A stretch of 64,000 nt of DNA, from positions 192,001 through 256,000 of the forward strand of contig CAVSBL010000002.1 in NCBI GenBank assembly GCA_963726255.1, given 5' to 3'. A program made the translations under genes and the position numbers. This stretch comes from Candidatus Bathyarchaeota archaeon (lineage in GTDB: Archaea; Thermoproteota; Bathyarchaeia; 40CM-2-53-6). A model generated the notes under the pieces. That model saw only the letters and a list, made by a program, of their open reading frames with translations, did no database searches and was not told where the DNA came from. Below are positions 28,649 to 38,853 of the stretch, piece by piece (the stretch's first letter is position 1; each line of letters starts with the position of its first letter).

Positions 28649-30166
28649 TCAGAGCACCTTCTGTTTTCTCATCCAGTCTAGGTCTTGGGCGAAGAGTAGG
28701 CGTATGTCGTCGATTCCTGCACGCATCATGTAGAGCCTATCGACGCCTATGCCCCATGCGATGACAGGCACCTTGATTCCCAACGGGAGCGTCAGTTCAG
28801 GCCTAAAGATTCCTGACCCGCCGAATTCGAGCCACCCATATCCCTCTTTGTACGCTTGCAGCTCGACGCTTGGTTCGGTGAATGGGAAATAATCTGGCCT
28901 AAAGCGGACTTTGTCTGCACCCGCGATGTCGATGGCAAAGCGCTCAAGCACGCCCAAGAGGTCCCTTAATGATAAGTCAGCGCCGACCACGATGCCTTCT
29001 GCTTGGTTGAATTCTGTAAGGTGAGTGCGGTCCACTTGGTCGGGTCTAAAGCATCTTGCGAGTGAGAAGTATTTTCCAGGTATCTTCAATTGCTTGCTAA
29101 CAAGTGTTCGAGCGCTGAGAGCGGTTCCTTGGCTTCTCAATATCAGTTTCAGGGCTTCGCTACGCGAGTAGGAGTATTTCCATCCGGTTGATCCGGTCTT
29201 CCAACCATTTTCATGGGTCTTTGAAACCGGATCCATGAAACGTTCGTATTCTCCAAGGCTTCCCCTTTCTTGTGTCTTGACGAAGTAAATGTCATGTATC
29301 TCACGCGCGGGGTGGTCTTGTGGCATGAAGAGCGCGTCGCAGTTGAAGAACATCAGTTCGACTGTTGGGCCTGTCATCTCCTTGAAGCCTAGGTTGACAA
29401 GTTTCGTTTTTAAGTTGTCGAGGAAGAGGCGGTATGGTTGCTTCTTTCCCGGCCAGGCCGAAGTGACTGGGGCTGCGATGTTGTACTTGCGAAATGCTAC
29501 TGCCTTCCATTGCTGGGATGTGATCATTTCGGGTGTGAGGTCGCTTATTTCTTCGGGGACAGTGATTCCTTCTTCGAGTGCTTTCCAACCCTGCGGCGTC
29601 AGTTCGACGTAGCGCTTCGTTTGCCTTCTGCTTGTGACCAGCTGTCGCCTCTTCAAGGTCTCGACGTTTCCGCGAACAGATGGTGCTAATTCCTCTAGGG
29701 AGGTTTCGGGTTTTGTTGCGAGGAGTTCGAGTGTTCGTTCCGTGTCGGTCTTGTCGGGTATGCCGGCTGCTTTCAGGACTACGCTCTGGAGCTGGGTTGT
29801 AACCTCGCACCAGCCTGCGACCTTGACCCAGCCTAGCGCGACTGAAGCGAGGTTCGGGGGAATGTTAGCGCGTCTCGCTGCTTGGTCGAGAGTTGCTTCG
29901 CCGCCGAGTTCAAGTACGGCCTGAAGAAGCCGTCTTTCGGGCAAACCTTGCTTTGCATGATTCATTGCTTCTTCTGTGAGTTTGAGGACTGTTCGTTCAG
30001 CTTCCGTTACTCGAACAAGCTGTCGCTCTTGTAGGGTTGTTAAGGCTCGCGTGACGGCGGCACTGCTTTGTTTCGTGTTCACAACTAGCTCTTCGAAGGA
30101 GCAGTTGCCGCCGGAGGATTGCAACGAGTGCATTACGGCCGCTTCGTTCTCACGCATCTGAATCAA
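28649..30166 (-). CDS. pheS: Phenylalanyl-tRNA synthetase alpha subunit
   Basis: DALFMPQDHPARE.HD, FRPD..D.THL.EF.Q, YFPFTEPS. Confidence 0.96.
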   Translation of the reverse strand: MIQMRENEAAVMHSLQSSGGNCSFEELVVNTKQSSAAVTRALTTLQERQLVRVTEAERTVLKLTEEAMNHAKQGLPERRLLQAVLELGGEATLDQAARRANIPPNLASVALGWVKVAGWCEVTTQLQSVVLKAAGIPDKTDTERTLELLATKPETSLEELAPSVRGNVETLKRRQLVTSRRQTKRYVELTPQGWKALEEGITVPEEISDLTPEMITSQQWKAVAFRKYNIAAPVTSAWPGKKQPYRLFLDNLKTKLVNLGFKEMTGPTVELMFFNCDALFMPQDHPAREIHDIYFVKTQERGSLGEYERFMDPVSKTHENGWKTGSTGWKYSYSRSEALKLILRSQGTALSARTLVSKQLKIPGKYFSLARCFRPDQVDRTHLTEFNQAEGIVVGADLSLRDLLGVLERFAIDIAGADKVRFRPDYFPFTEPSVELQAYKEGYGWLEFGGSGIFRPELTLPLGIKVPVIAWGIGVDRLYMMRAGIDDIRLLFAQDLDWMRKQKVL

Positions 30167-30171
30167 GGCAT

Positions 30172-31305
30172 CTAGGCATCCTTGGGATTGAAGAGATACT
30201 CTTCGAAGTTATCTTTGGCTTTCTCCCGTTTCGCCTGGAATTCTTTGAGGAACCTTTCCACGCGCTCCGCGAGTATCAGTTTGCAGTCTCCACACATGAT
30301 GTTTCCGGCGAGGCAGTTGTATCGAAGGTCTTCGATCTCCTTGTCGTTCATAAAGAGGAAGTAATCGTAAGCGAAGACCGAGCATATGTCGGGGTTGGCT
30401 CCAAGTCGTTTTTGTTCCTCGACCGTAGCCCGTCCTCCCGTGAAGGCGTTCATAACTTTCTTTTTCGCTTGCTGTGGGTCGTCTACCGTAAAGATGGCTG
30501 TTTCGGGCATTGAGGCAGACATCTTGCCACCGCGCCCGAGTCCCGGCACGAAGCGGCAGTGGATCTGGGCGGGTTTGTAGTATCCTAGCTTAGGGGCGAC
30601 GTCCCGAGTTATCCTCCAGTACGGGTCTTGGTCAATGGCTGCCGGGATCAAGCATGGGACATTGTGTCCCACTAGGGCCGATTCCAAGAAGGCTGGAACT
30701 GCTTGGATAGCGGGGTAGAACGCCATGCCTATGTTCGTGCTCTCTCGGAAGCCAAACACTGCTTTGGCTGTTGAGAAAGTCACATGTTTCGCGACCTTGA
30801 TTGCCAAGCCGTAGAGAGCGCCCATGTTCTTCGTGTCGGTGATGATTCGTGTTTTCTTCGGGTCGAAACCGACGGCGATTATGTCAAGGGCGTTCTCGTA
30901 CGCCCATTTCGTTGGTTCATCCATCGAGAACTCGTCATGTTGGAGAAATCTCTCGTCGTCCGTTATCTGGAAGTAGAGTTTGGCGCCGAACTTGTCCTGG
31001 AGGTATTTCGTGAATATCCAGGGGACCAAATGGCCGATGTGGACCGGCCCAGAAGGGCCTCGACCTGTATAGAGTATAAATTTCTCTCCCGCCTCATACC
31101 TCTGAAGAATCCAATCGAAATCCCTGTGTGAGAAGAAAATTCTTCTTGCGAGTTGTGGGTGTAATTCGCCGGTAAGTTTCGTGACCTTCTCTAGGATTTC
31201 TGGGGTGAGGGGTTGTGTTCCAAATTCCCTTATCAGCTTGTCATAATCGATCTTGCCCGTGACTTCCCACGGCGTTACAACCATTTCTTCGTTGTTGACT
31301 GACAC
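30172..31305 (-). CDS. trpS: Tryptophanyl-tRNA synthetase
   Basis: VTPWEV, YTGRGPSG..HIGH, IDQDPYWR, KMSAS. Confidence 0.97.
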   Translation of the reverse strand: MSVNNEEMVVTPWEVTGKIDYDKLIREFGTQPLTPEILEKVTKLTGELHPQLARRIFFSHRDFDWILQRYEAGEKFILYTGRGPSGPVHIGHLVPWIFTKYLQDKFGAKLYFQITDDERFLQHDEFSMDEPTKWAYENALDIIAVGFDPKKTRIITDTKNMGALYGLAIKVAKHVTFSTAKAVFGFRESTNIGMAFYPAIQAVPAFLESALVGHNVPCLIPAAIDQDPYWRITRDVAPKLGYYKPAQIHCRFVPGLGRGGKMSASMPETAIFTVDDPQQAKKKVMNAFTGGRATVEEQKRLGANPDICSVFAYDYFLFMNDKEIEDLRYNCLAGNIMCGDCKLILAERVERFLKEFQAKREKAKDNFEEYLFNPKDA

Positions 31306-31416
31306 GGCTCAGATTCTCCCGCCTTCAGAAACGACTCTCCGACTTGGTTGCTTCCCCACAACTCATGCTCGTACTGTGCATTGTCTTTCTGAATCCTAAA
31401 TAAACAGCTAGGGACA

Positions 31417-32343
31417 GTGGTTTCATCTAAAGAAGGTTTAGCCACAGTGAGCCAGCAACTGGAAATGTTCGCGAAATCCGGGAGAATCCTAGCACAGGTT
31501 CGAGAATTCGTGAAAACCCTTCCCCTGGCTGGCAATAGCGTGTTGGAATTATGTGAGCAAGTTGAGGGAAAGATACGAGGATTAGGCGGTGAGCCGGCCT
31601 TCCCATGCAATGTCGGAATCAACGAGATCGCAGCTCACTACACTAGCCCGTGGAACGACGCGAGCTCAGTTCCTGATGGTTGCATCGTGAAAGTGGATTT
31701 TGGCGTGGCGCTCGATGGGTTCGTTACAGATAGCGCGATAACAGTTTCGCTTAATCCTGCTTACGACTCTATGAAAGTAGCCGCTGAGTCCGCCCTTGAG
31801 GAAGCACTTGCCGCTGTGGCTCCCGGGCGAAGGCTTTCGGAAATCGGGACCGTCGTCGAACGCTGCATAGTGAGATATGGTTTCAGACCGATCAGAAACT
31901 TGACCGGTCACAAAATCGACCGCTATACGATTCATGCGGGAAAGTCGGTTCCTAATGTTTCGGGGATGGAGAGCGGTCGTTTTGAGGTTGGGGAAGTCTA
32001 CGCTATCGAACCTTTTGTTACGTTGAAGAATGCTGAGGGCGCCGTCCGCGATGGCGATTCCGCATACATCTACCGCTTTGTTAAAGTTAAAGGCGCCAAA
32101 TCAAGTGACGCAATCAAACTAGCGGAGTTTGTTAGGGAAACGTACAAGACCCTGCCTTTCGCTTCACGTTGGGCGCACAACTCTTGGAGTGGGGCCAATC
32201 TCAGCGAGGCGTTTGAAGAACTGGTTAAGCGCCGCTGTATTGTTGGTTATCCTGTACTAGTTGAGGCGAGCGGCCATGTTGTTGCTCAGGCTGAGCACAC
32301 AATAGTGGTAACTGAGAATGGCTGCCGGGTTCTGACTGCCTAG
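31417..32343 (+). CDS. map: Type II methionine aminopeptidase
   Basis: AFP.N...AAHYT, KVDFGV..DG...DSA.T, NLTGH, YAIEPF, QAEHT. Confidence 0.95.
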   Translation: MVSSKEGLATVSQQLEMFAKSGRILAQVREFVKTLPLAGNSVLELCEQVEGKIRGLGGEPAFPCNVGINEIAAHYTSPWNDASSVPDGCIVKVDFGVALDGFVTDSAITVSLNPAYDSMKVAAESALEEALAAVAPGRRLSEIGTVVERCIVRYGFRPIRNLTGHKIDRYTIHAGKSVPNVSGMESGRFEVGEVYAIEPFVTLKNAEGAVRDGDSAYIYRFVKVKGAKSSDAIKLAEFVRETYKTLPFASRWAHNSWSGANLSEAFEELVKRRCIVGYPVLVEASGHVVAQAEHTIVVTENGCRVLTA

Positions 32344-32732
32344 GTTTTCTTGGGCTTCAGGTCCTCGGCGTAGATGGTGTCAACGCGCATGTTGCCCTTG
32401 CACTGTTGGCATTCTCCAACCTGTTTGGTCACATAGTCGCCTGCGCTGAATGTCCTAACAACTTTGAACCCGCAGTTCGCGCAGATGACGACACTAAGTA
32501 CTTTGGCGGCGAGGGTTTGGAGCACTACCATTCGCCGGCGCATTTGGGTGATCGAAGAGATGGACAGCACAGTTCCAACGGACGCCATTATGCCGTACAC
32601 GAAGAATTGTGGAAACTGTCCAGCTTCATAGTAGGTGAGGGCTTGGACCATTGCCCACATTGAGATTGCTAGAATGACTAGAGCGAAGGCGATGAGTAAG
32701 TATGCGTAGTACGTTGACGGCTTGTTACTCAT
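32340..32732 (-). CDS. Membrane protein with C-terminal Zn ribbon
   Basis: Two TM helices, CANC...CQQC; downstream of DUF1512 gene. Confidence 0.75.
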   Translation of the reverse strand: MSNKPSTYYAYLLIAFALVILAISMWAMVQALTYYEAGQFPQFFVYGIMASVGTVLSISSITQMRRRMVVLQTLAAKVLSVVICANCGFKVVRTFSAGDYVTKQVGECQQCKGNMRVDTIYAEDLKPKKT

Positions 32733-32742
32733 TAGCGCTCGC

Positions 32743-33876
32743 CTAGGGTGCTATGCCGGCGGTATTGCCAATGCCGGCGATTATGACGAGTTCGCCTTCT
32801 TTGGTGCGTTCGAGAATTAGCCGCTTAATTCTATCCAATACGGGCTCAGCGGCCTCAGCGATTTCCTTTTTCATTGTGGTAACTGCTTCTTGTATGCTCT
32901 GTTTGATTACGATGGCGTAGACCGGAATGCCGAATTTCGTAGCCTCCTCTTCTATCTTGAACCGCTCTGTTCCGATTCCACCGATCGCAGCGCCAATCCC
33001 TTCGCTAACTTCGCCAGTCTTCTCTCCCTCTAACTTCAGGGCAGCGTCGACCATGATTATCATCGATGCTTTGCCGTTGTTTTCTTCCAGGACTATGCGT
33101 ATCGCGTCACCTGGCTTTCCAACGTTACCGCCTGGGCCTTCTGCCTTGAGTGCAATGACTTTGCGGCCTTCAATGGTCGTTTCGGCCGCTACCATGTCCT
33201 TCTCCACTTTTCTAGTTTCGTGGCCACGCATCAGTTTCGAGGCTACGAGTGCGCCGGCACCGTCACCTATCGGGTGCCCTTCTGCGAAGGCCTTCGTCGC
33301 GCCTTGGTAGGCGTCGGCTTCCATCATGATTAACGGTAGGAAGGCTTGGAGTTGGAATATTACGAAAATGCTGAACGTCTTCTTACCCAGTAAGTACAAG
33401 TGGCGAACAACTTTGAACATGAAGTTCAATGCCCAAGTCGCTTCAACCAAGTTCTCGAGATTGTTAACTTGTGTAGGGGTCGCTTCGGGCGCAATCCTAG
33501 CCACGTCCGCCTTGAACTTCGTCTCACGAACATCGAGCAGGTGATCAAACTTATTGACAACTCCCGATGGATCCATGTTAACAGGCTCGATTAGGAATTG
33601 CTCGAGGAGTGAGTTCAACCGCGGTGCCGGGTCATCTTTGGGCTTGCCTATGTCTCGGATTATTTTGAGTGTGAGTGATGCTGCGTCGTTTCTCATGTGT
33701 TCGAGTTTTCTGACCGCGCCGTCAATTTGCATAAGAGCGATTCGGCTCTGAATTTGTTGCCCAAACACCATGAAGGCAAGGAACGAGACGACGAAAAGTA
33801 TGTTCAGTATGTTGTTGACTCCGCTTGCCCCGAAGATTCCGGTTTCAAGTACTATTGTGAGTAGCTGAGATAGCAA
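32743..33876 (-). CDS. DUF1512-family protein
   Basis: PIGDGAG, KAEGPGGNVG, MVDAALKLEGE, GIGNT.GI motifs. Confidence 0.85.
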   Translation of the reverse strand: MLSQLLTIVLETGIFGASGVNNILNILFVVSFLAFMVFGQQIQSRIALMQIDGAVRKLEHMRNDAASLTLKIIRDIGKPKDDPAPRLNSLLEQFLIEPVNMDPSGVVNKFDHLLDVRETKFKADVARIAPEATPTQVNNLENLVEATWALNFMFKVVRHLYLLGKKTFSIFVIFQLQAFLPLIMMEADAYQGATKAFAEGHPIGDGAGALVASKLMRGHETRKVEKDMVAAETTIEGRKVIALKAEGPGGNVGKPGDAIRIVLEENNGKASMIIMVDAALKLEGEKTGEVSEGIGAAIGGIGTERFKIEEEATKFGIPVYAIVIKQSIQEAVTTMKKEIAEAAEPVLDRIKRLILERTKEGELVIIAGIGNTAGIAP

Positions 33877-33972
33877 TAATATTCCTCTAACTCTTTTGAT
33901 TAGCGGAGCCGACCATGTAATAAACGTTCATTCAACTGACTAAGCGCCGATGAATCAAGTCACAAAATTAAT

Positions 33973-34099
33973 GGAGTCGGCAGCGGTCCGGGGCTCGCAT
34001 GGCCTTTCGGAACATACTACTACCCGAATCGCCTGAGAGATTCACTTCCGTGTTCGGAATGGGAACGGGTCCTAGCCCTCAGCTATGGCCGCCAACTCC
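33973..34099 (-). rRNA. rrf: 5S rRNA (stand-alone)
   Basis: GGCGGCCATAGC...CCCGTTCCCATTCCGAACACGGAAGT...; paired ends GGAGTTGGCGG/CTGCCGACTCC; TTTATTTA upstream. Confidence 0.95.
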
Positions 34100-34160
34100 A
34101 AGCCAACTGCGGCCCAGCGAATAAATAAACATAGAGCCTGCAAGATATGCTGCGTTCAGC

Positions 34161-35324
34161 TTGACAACCCTACGTGACGTCGCCATAATCGGAGTCGGAA
34201 TGACACCGGTTACGGCAGGCTCCGGAAAGAGCCTAACAGAACTATTCGTCGAAGCCGCTACTGAAGCGATAGAAGATTCTGGAGTCGACAAAATCGACTC
34301 CATCTACGTCGGAAACATGATGTCAGGGTTTCTACAGAACCAAGAACATTTGGGCGCTTTAATGGCGACGGCGCTTGGAAAGGAAGGTGTCCCAACTTAC
34401 AAGGTTGAAGGTGCTTGCGCCTCGGGTGGCGTGGCCGCCAACGCTGGCGTGAAGGGTGTGTTGTCGGGCTTGGAGGAGGTTGCCCTCGTGGGAGCTGTTG
34501 AGAAGATGTCGGGTTACACGACGCCTGAGGTGACTTCGGGCCTTATGATGGCTGAGGACAAGGCCCGGGTTGGCGCTACAGGTGTCACCTTCGTTGGCCT
34601 CAACGCGATGATTGCGCGGGAATATATGCGCAAGTACAATGTCCCGCACGAACTCCTCGCGGAGTTTCCCGTCCTCTGCCACGAAAACGCCCTCGACAAC
34701 CCGAAGGCCCAATTCCACAAGAGCATTACCGTAGAAGACGTTCTCAACTCGCCTCTGGTGGCCGACCCATTGCGGCTATACGATTGTTCCGCCATTGGAG
34801 ACGGCGCAGCCGCCCTTATCTTAACGACGGTGAAGAGAGCGAAGCAATTCACGGATTCGCCAGTAAAGATCGTCGCTTCAACCGTAGCGTCAGACAGGCT
34901 CAGCCTCTACCAGCGCCCAGACCTCACCACATTTGAAGGGTCGAGGAAAGCTGCTCAACGAGCTTACGAGGTTGCGGGTGTGAAGCCCAAAGAAATCGAC
35001 CTATTGGAAGTCCACGACGCCTTCTCCGTTCTTGGTATCATGGCCTTAGAAGACTTGGGTTTCGCATCGAAGGGGTCCGGGAGTCAACTAGTCAAGGATG
35101 GCGTATGCGCGCGGGATGGTCGTTTGCCTACAAACACGTTTGGAGGCTTGAAGGCTAGAGGCCATCCTGTTGGGGCCAGTGGAATGTACCAAATCGCCGA
35201 GTTAGCCCTTCAATTGGCCAAGAAAGCTAGGAAATGCCAAGTCCCAGAGGCCCACATAGGTATGTCACAGAGCGTGGGCGGGATTGGTGGTACGGTCGCG
35301 GTGCACATACTCAGAAGCGATTAG
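34161..35324 (+). CDS. Thiolase (archaeal acetyl-CoA acetyltransferase/SCP2-type)
   Basis: EGACASGG, DCS.I.DGAAA, EVHDAF, GHPVGASG. Confidence 0.93.
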   Translation: MTTLRDVAIIGVGMTPVTAGSGKSLTELFVEAATEAIEDSGVDKIDSIYVGNMMSGFLQNQEHLGALMATALGKEGVPTYKVEGACASGGVAANAGVKGVLSGLEEVALVGAVEKMSGYTTPEVTSGLMMAEDKARVGATGVTFVGLNAMIAREYMRKYNVPHELLAEFPVLCHENALDNPKAQFHKSITVEDVLNSPLVADPLRLYDCSAIGDGAAALILTTVKRAKQFTDSPVKIVASTVASDRLSLYQRPDLTTFEGSRKAAQRAYEVAGVKPKEIDLLEVHDAFSVLGIMALEDLGFASKGSGSQLVKDGVCARDGRLPTNTFGGLKARGHPVGASGMYQIAELALQLAKKARKCQVPEAHIGMSQSVGGIGGTVAVHILRSD

Positions 35325-35327
35325 TCA

Positions 35328-35651
35328 ATGGGCGAAACCAAAGGCGTCCAAGGCTACCGTTGCCCAAAATGTCACTGGTCTGACTTCTTCGAAACCAAAA
35401 CGTGCCCACAATGCCACAGCAAAGTGAGTGAGGTCTTGTTGTCGGGTAGGGGAAAGATTGCGACCTTCACTGTAATCAGATATCCCCCCAAGGGGTTCGA
35501 GAAAGACGCACCGTATATTGTCGGGCTCGTAGACCTCGAGAATGGGCCCAGAGTAATCGGTAGATTCACGGCGAACCCTGAAGAACTCAAAATTGCCAAA
35601 GTCGTACAATATACTGGGAAGACCCAGGACGCGTTGTGGTTTCGAATCTGA
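35328..35651 (+). CDS. DUF35 Zn-ribbon/OB-fold thiolase partner
   Basis: CPKC...CPQC then G.IATFTVI..PP.GF...PY. Confidence 0.9.
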   Translation: MGETKGVQGYRCPKCHWSDFFETKTCPQCHSKVSEVLLSGRGKIATFTVIRYPPKGFEKDAPYIVGLVDLENGPRVIGRFTANPEELKIAKVVQYTGKTQDALWFRI

Positions 35652-35713
35652 AATCACTCTTCGTGCCGGAAAACTTCGAAAGGCCTAATTCATTTCAAAG
35701 CCAATCCCTAAGA

Positions 35714-37192
35714 TTATCGACTCTCTTTGACTTGGAAGGCTCTCTCGATATGTTTTGCTCGGTAGTATTGCCATTTGATCTGGCGAACCACGTTAGCCAG
35801 AAAGACTTCACCTTGATGGTATGCCCGATCCAGTATTGCATCTCTAGAGAGAAAGTCCTTCTTCAGGTCGCGTAGTTCTTTCTTCGGCGCGAAGAACACG
35901 AAAACTGGAACGCCCATGACAAATACTGTCGCTGCGACTAGAATTTGTTGAGCATTTACTGAAATCATCAACAGAACGGAGAAAATCACGCCCAGAACCG
36001 GTACCACGATTCTCTCCCAGATGCTAAGCCGGCCCTTAGCATAATCCTTCTCGAGCCGAACGGCCGATATGCACGTTGCCAGGTAGGCAAACGAAAGAAG
36101 GAAAACCGAACTGTTGATCAGCGCAGAGATACCATTAGTTACGCTAGCAACAAACGCCGTAGAACATATCACGATTACCGCAACGTACGGGGTTTGATAC
36201 GCCTTCTGCAACTTACTGAAAACTTTGGGTAAGAGCCCGTCAATTGACATTGCAAACGCTAGTCTGGTAGTTCCGATGCTCGCTGATTCATCCGCCCCTA
36301 GGATTGATACGAGAGCGCCGACGGCGAGAATCAAACCGCCGAAGACGGCTAGGCCTGGTGAGAAGTTTAGCACATTTGATGCAGCCACGGTCAAAGGCGC
36401 AGGTGAAGCAGCCAAGGTTTTCTGGTCTACGACACCGACAACAACAAAGTTCGTGATCACGTAGAAGGCTGTAACAATTAGCATTCCAAACAGCAGGGCC
36501 TTCGGGAGCGTCTTCCTCGGATTCTGAACCTCATCCGCAGGGAGACTTGATAGTTCGAATCCTGCGTAGGCCCAGAAGATGAGTACCAGTGCTGGACCCA
36601 CATTCATTAGACTGCCTTTGAGAAACGGTTGAAAGTTTGCAGCACTCGAAGCCGGATGTAAGCCCATGAAAACTGAACCCAAACATATGAGAAGGAAGAG
36701 GGGACCTAATTTCAAGATCGTCAAGACGTCGTTGAGTCTTCCTGCAGTCTTAACACCATAAATGTTAGTCACGGTGATGACTACTATGAAGATCACTTTC
36801 AATAGTAGCTGAGTAAGTGGGTTCAAGCCCGGTATTATGGCGAGAAAGTATTGCGCAAAGGCTCCAGGGTATACGGAGAGCGTGAACCATTCCGCCAGCA
36901 AAAGTGCCCAGCCAACCATGAAACCAGGAAAGGGTCCTGCCACTCTCGTTGCGTAGGCATAGGAACCGCCCACTTTTGGCAAGAACGAGGCACAATAGGC
37001 GAAACAGAGGGCGATCACGATAGAAAGCCCTCCCGCTATCACCCATATCACGAGTGAAGCTGGACCAAGGAGTTTGGCGCTGAGGGCGGGTACTACGAAG
37101 ATGTCGGCTCCAATCGCTGAGCCGACCACCAGGTTTGTCGTGTCAAAAGTGTTCAGTTGCCGTTTCAGAATGATTTTTCGATTCGTTTTCAA
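35714..37192 (-). CDS. APC-family amino acid permease
   Basis: GSAIGADIF, GGSYAY, WAYAGFE, multiple TM helices. Confidence 0.92.
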   Translation of the reverse strand: MKTNRKIILKRQLNTFDTTNLVVGSAIGADIFVVPALSAKLLGPASLVIWVIAGGLSIVIALCFAYCASFLPKVGGSYAYATRVAGPFPGFMVGWALLLAEWFTLSVYPGAFAQYFLAIIPGLNPLTQLLLKVIFIVVITVTNIYGVKTAGRLNDVLTILKLGPLFLLICLGSVFMGLHPASSAANFQPFLKGSLMNVGPALVLIFWAYAGFELSSLPADEVQNPRKTLPKALLFGMLIVTAFYVITNFVVVGVVDQKTLAASPAPLTVAASNVLNFSPGLAVFGGLILAVGALVSILGADESASIGTTRLAFAMSIDGLLPKVFSKLQKAYQTPYVAVIVICSTAFVASVTNGISALINSSVFLLSFAYLATCISAVRLEKDYAKGRLSIWERIVVPVLGVIFSVLLMISVNAQQILVAATVFVMGVPVFVFFAPKKELRDLKKDFLSRDAILDRAYHQGEVFLANVVRQIKWQYYRAKHIERAFQVKESR

Positions 37193-37460
37193 TCATGTTC
37201 ACAGCCGTTTACGGTTTCATCCCAATCTGCTGATAGCCGACGGTAACGAACCGAGCTATACATGCTCAGGTTTGGTTCAACGCTGATTTCAAACTCACCC
37301 GAAAGGGGCATAAGCCGATTTTTATAGTAGTCCAGCCTCTTATGGCGGCAGTATACTGGAGATGTTACGTGCGGGATGATGGAAGGGCCTACTGGCCCGT
37401 GCCGATTGTCGCGGGTACTATCTTTTGTATAACTAGAAAATAGGGAAGGTGGAAAACAAA

Positions 37461-37613
37461 ATGGGTTATCAGAATAGAAGTTACGGTGCCCCAAGGCAAA
37501 TGACGAAAGTCAAATGCTCTGAATGCGGCGCAGACACAGAAGTACCATTCGTGCCAACGTCGGGTAAACCGGTCTACTGCAGAGAGTGCTACCAGAAGCA
37601 CCGAAGATACTAG
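37461..37613 (+). CDS. CxxC-x17-CxxC zinc-ribbon small protein (50 aa)
   Basis: MGYQNRSYGAPRQMTKVKCSECGADTEVPFVPTSGKPVYCRECYQKHRRY*; below ORF-track cutoff. Confidence 0.88.
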   Translation: MGYQNRSYGAPRQMTKVKCSECGADTEVPFVPTSGKPVYCRECYQKHRRY

Positions 37614-37836
37614 GACAAACGTCCTAGGACCGAGAATGACCGGAATTTCTCTATTTTTCTTATATTACCTACGTCCCACACCCTGGGACTGTTTCTTTCG
37701 TGTATGTCATACCACTGTTGAGCGGTAGTACCACGTTCAGCGCTTTGTGGGAAGCTTAAGGTGAAATTTTGGCTCCTCGTGAATCTAGGTGTGAAATCGG
37801 GTAGGTGATAACTGTTTTTATGTCATTCGCAAACGC

Positions 37837-38793
37837 TTGGTGCTTCTGAATCATGGGAATGATGGTGTGAACCAGTTGGATTCGAGCTTGGTCGGGGAAG
37901 CGGCCGCGGTAATCACTTCAGGCCTCTGGACCTTTAGTTCAGTGTTTTTCACGGCCGCTGGGCGAAGGATCGGTTCGCTTAGCGTGAACGCTTACCGCAC
38001 CGTTATGGCGGTGGGTTTTCTCCTGGTTGCACATGTTGTTTTGCTCGGGAGCATCTTTCCCTTGGCGAGTGTTGGGCAATGGTTCTGGATGGGGGCGAGC
38101 GGGGTTGTGGGCTTGGGGATTGGTGATTCTGGGTTGTTCGCGGCGTATGTGATGATTGGCCCGAGACGTTCTCTGCTACTGATGGCTTTGGCGCCTATCT
38201 TCGCCTCGTTGGGCGCGTACATCATGCTGGGGGAAACTCTTCCAGCAGTAGCTGTACTTGGCATTGCTTTGACCTTAGGTGGGGTTGTGTTAGTGATCCT
38301 GGAACGGGAGGAGCGCTCTGGTGAGGCTCCTGTCTCAGGGAAATTGAAGAAGTATGGCGCCTTCTGCGGATTGGTCGCTGCAATTGGGCAGGGGGTGGGA
38401 TTGGTTTTGGCGAAGAAAGGGATCGAGCTTAACCCGGCGGTAACCTTGAACCCACTTTCGGCCACGTTAATGCGCATGGTTCTTGGGGCCTTTTCGCTTT
38501 GGCTCCTTATGTTGACTACCGGAAGGTTGGCCGACCTCCAGAAGGCCTTCACGAATACGGAAGGGATGCGTCAGACCGCCGCCGCTGCGTTTCTGGGGCC
38601 TTTCCTTGGTGTCACGCTCTCAATGGTTGCCGTGACCTTCGCCGAAACAGGTATCGCACAGACCCTACTCTCATTGATGCCTGTCATGATCATCCCAGTA
38701 GTCTGGATCCTTTACCGCCAGAAGACAAGTTGGCGAGGAATCTTGGGGGCAGCAATTGCAGTAATCGGGGTCTCGATTCTCTTCCTGGTTTAA
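37837..38793 (+). CDS. DMT/EamA-family transporter
   Basis: Two EamA-like repeats, about 10 TM helices; start may be slightly downstream. Confidence 0.88.
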   Translation: MVLLNHGNDGVNQLDSSLVGEAAAVITSGLWTFSSVFFTAAGRRIGSLSVNAYRTVMAVGFLLVAHVVLLGSIFPLASVGQWFWMGASGVVGLGIGDSGLFAAYVMIGPRRSLLLMALAPIFASLGAYIMLGETLPAVAVLGIALTLGGVVLVILEREERSGEAPVSGKLKKYGAFCGLVAAIGQGVGLVLAKKGIELNPAVTLNPLSATLMRMVLGAFSLWLLMLTTGRLADLQKAFTNTEGMRQTAAAAFLGPFLGVTLSMVAVTFAETGIAQTLLSLMPVMIIPVVWILYRQKTSWRGILGAAIAVIGVSILFLV

Positions 38794-38853
38794 GATTCGG
38801 TCGTCAGGGCTCTTGGTTGATATAGTTGTGAACTGCTAGTTGGACTTGAGATT

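Noticed and set aside
34161-35651. Thiolase-DUF35 pair lacking adjacent HMG-CoA synthase as a novelty
   Set aside because: Stand-alone thiolase/DUF35 pairs are common in archaea
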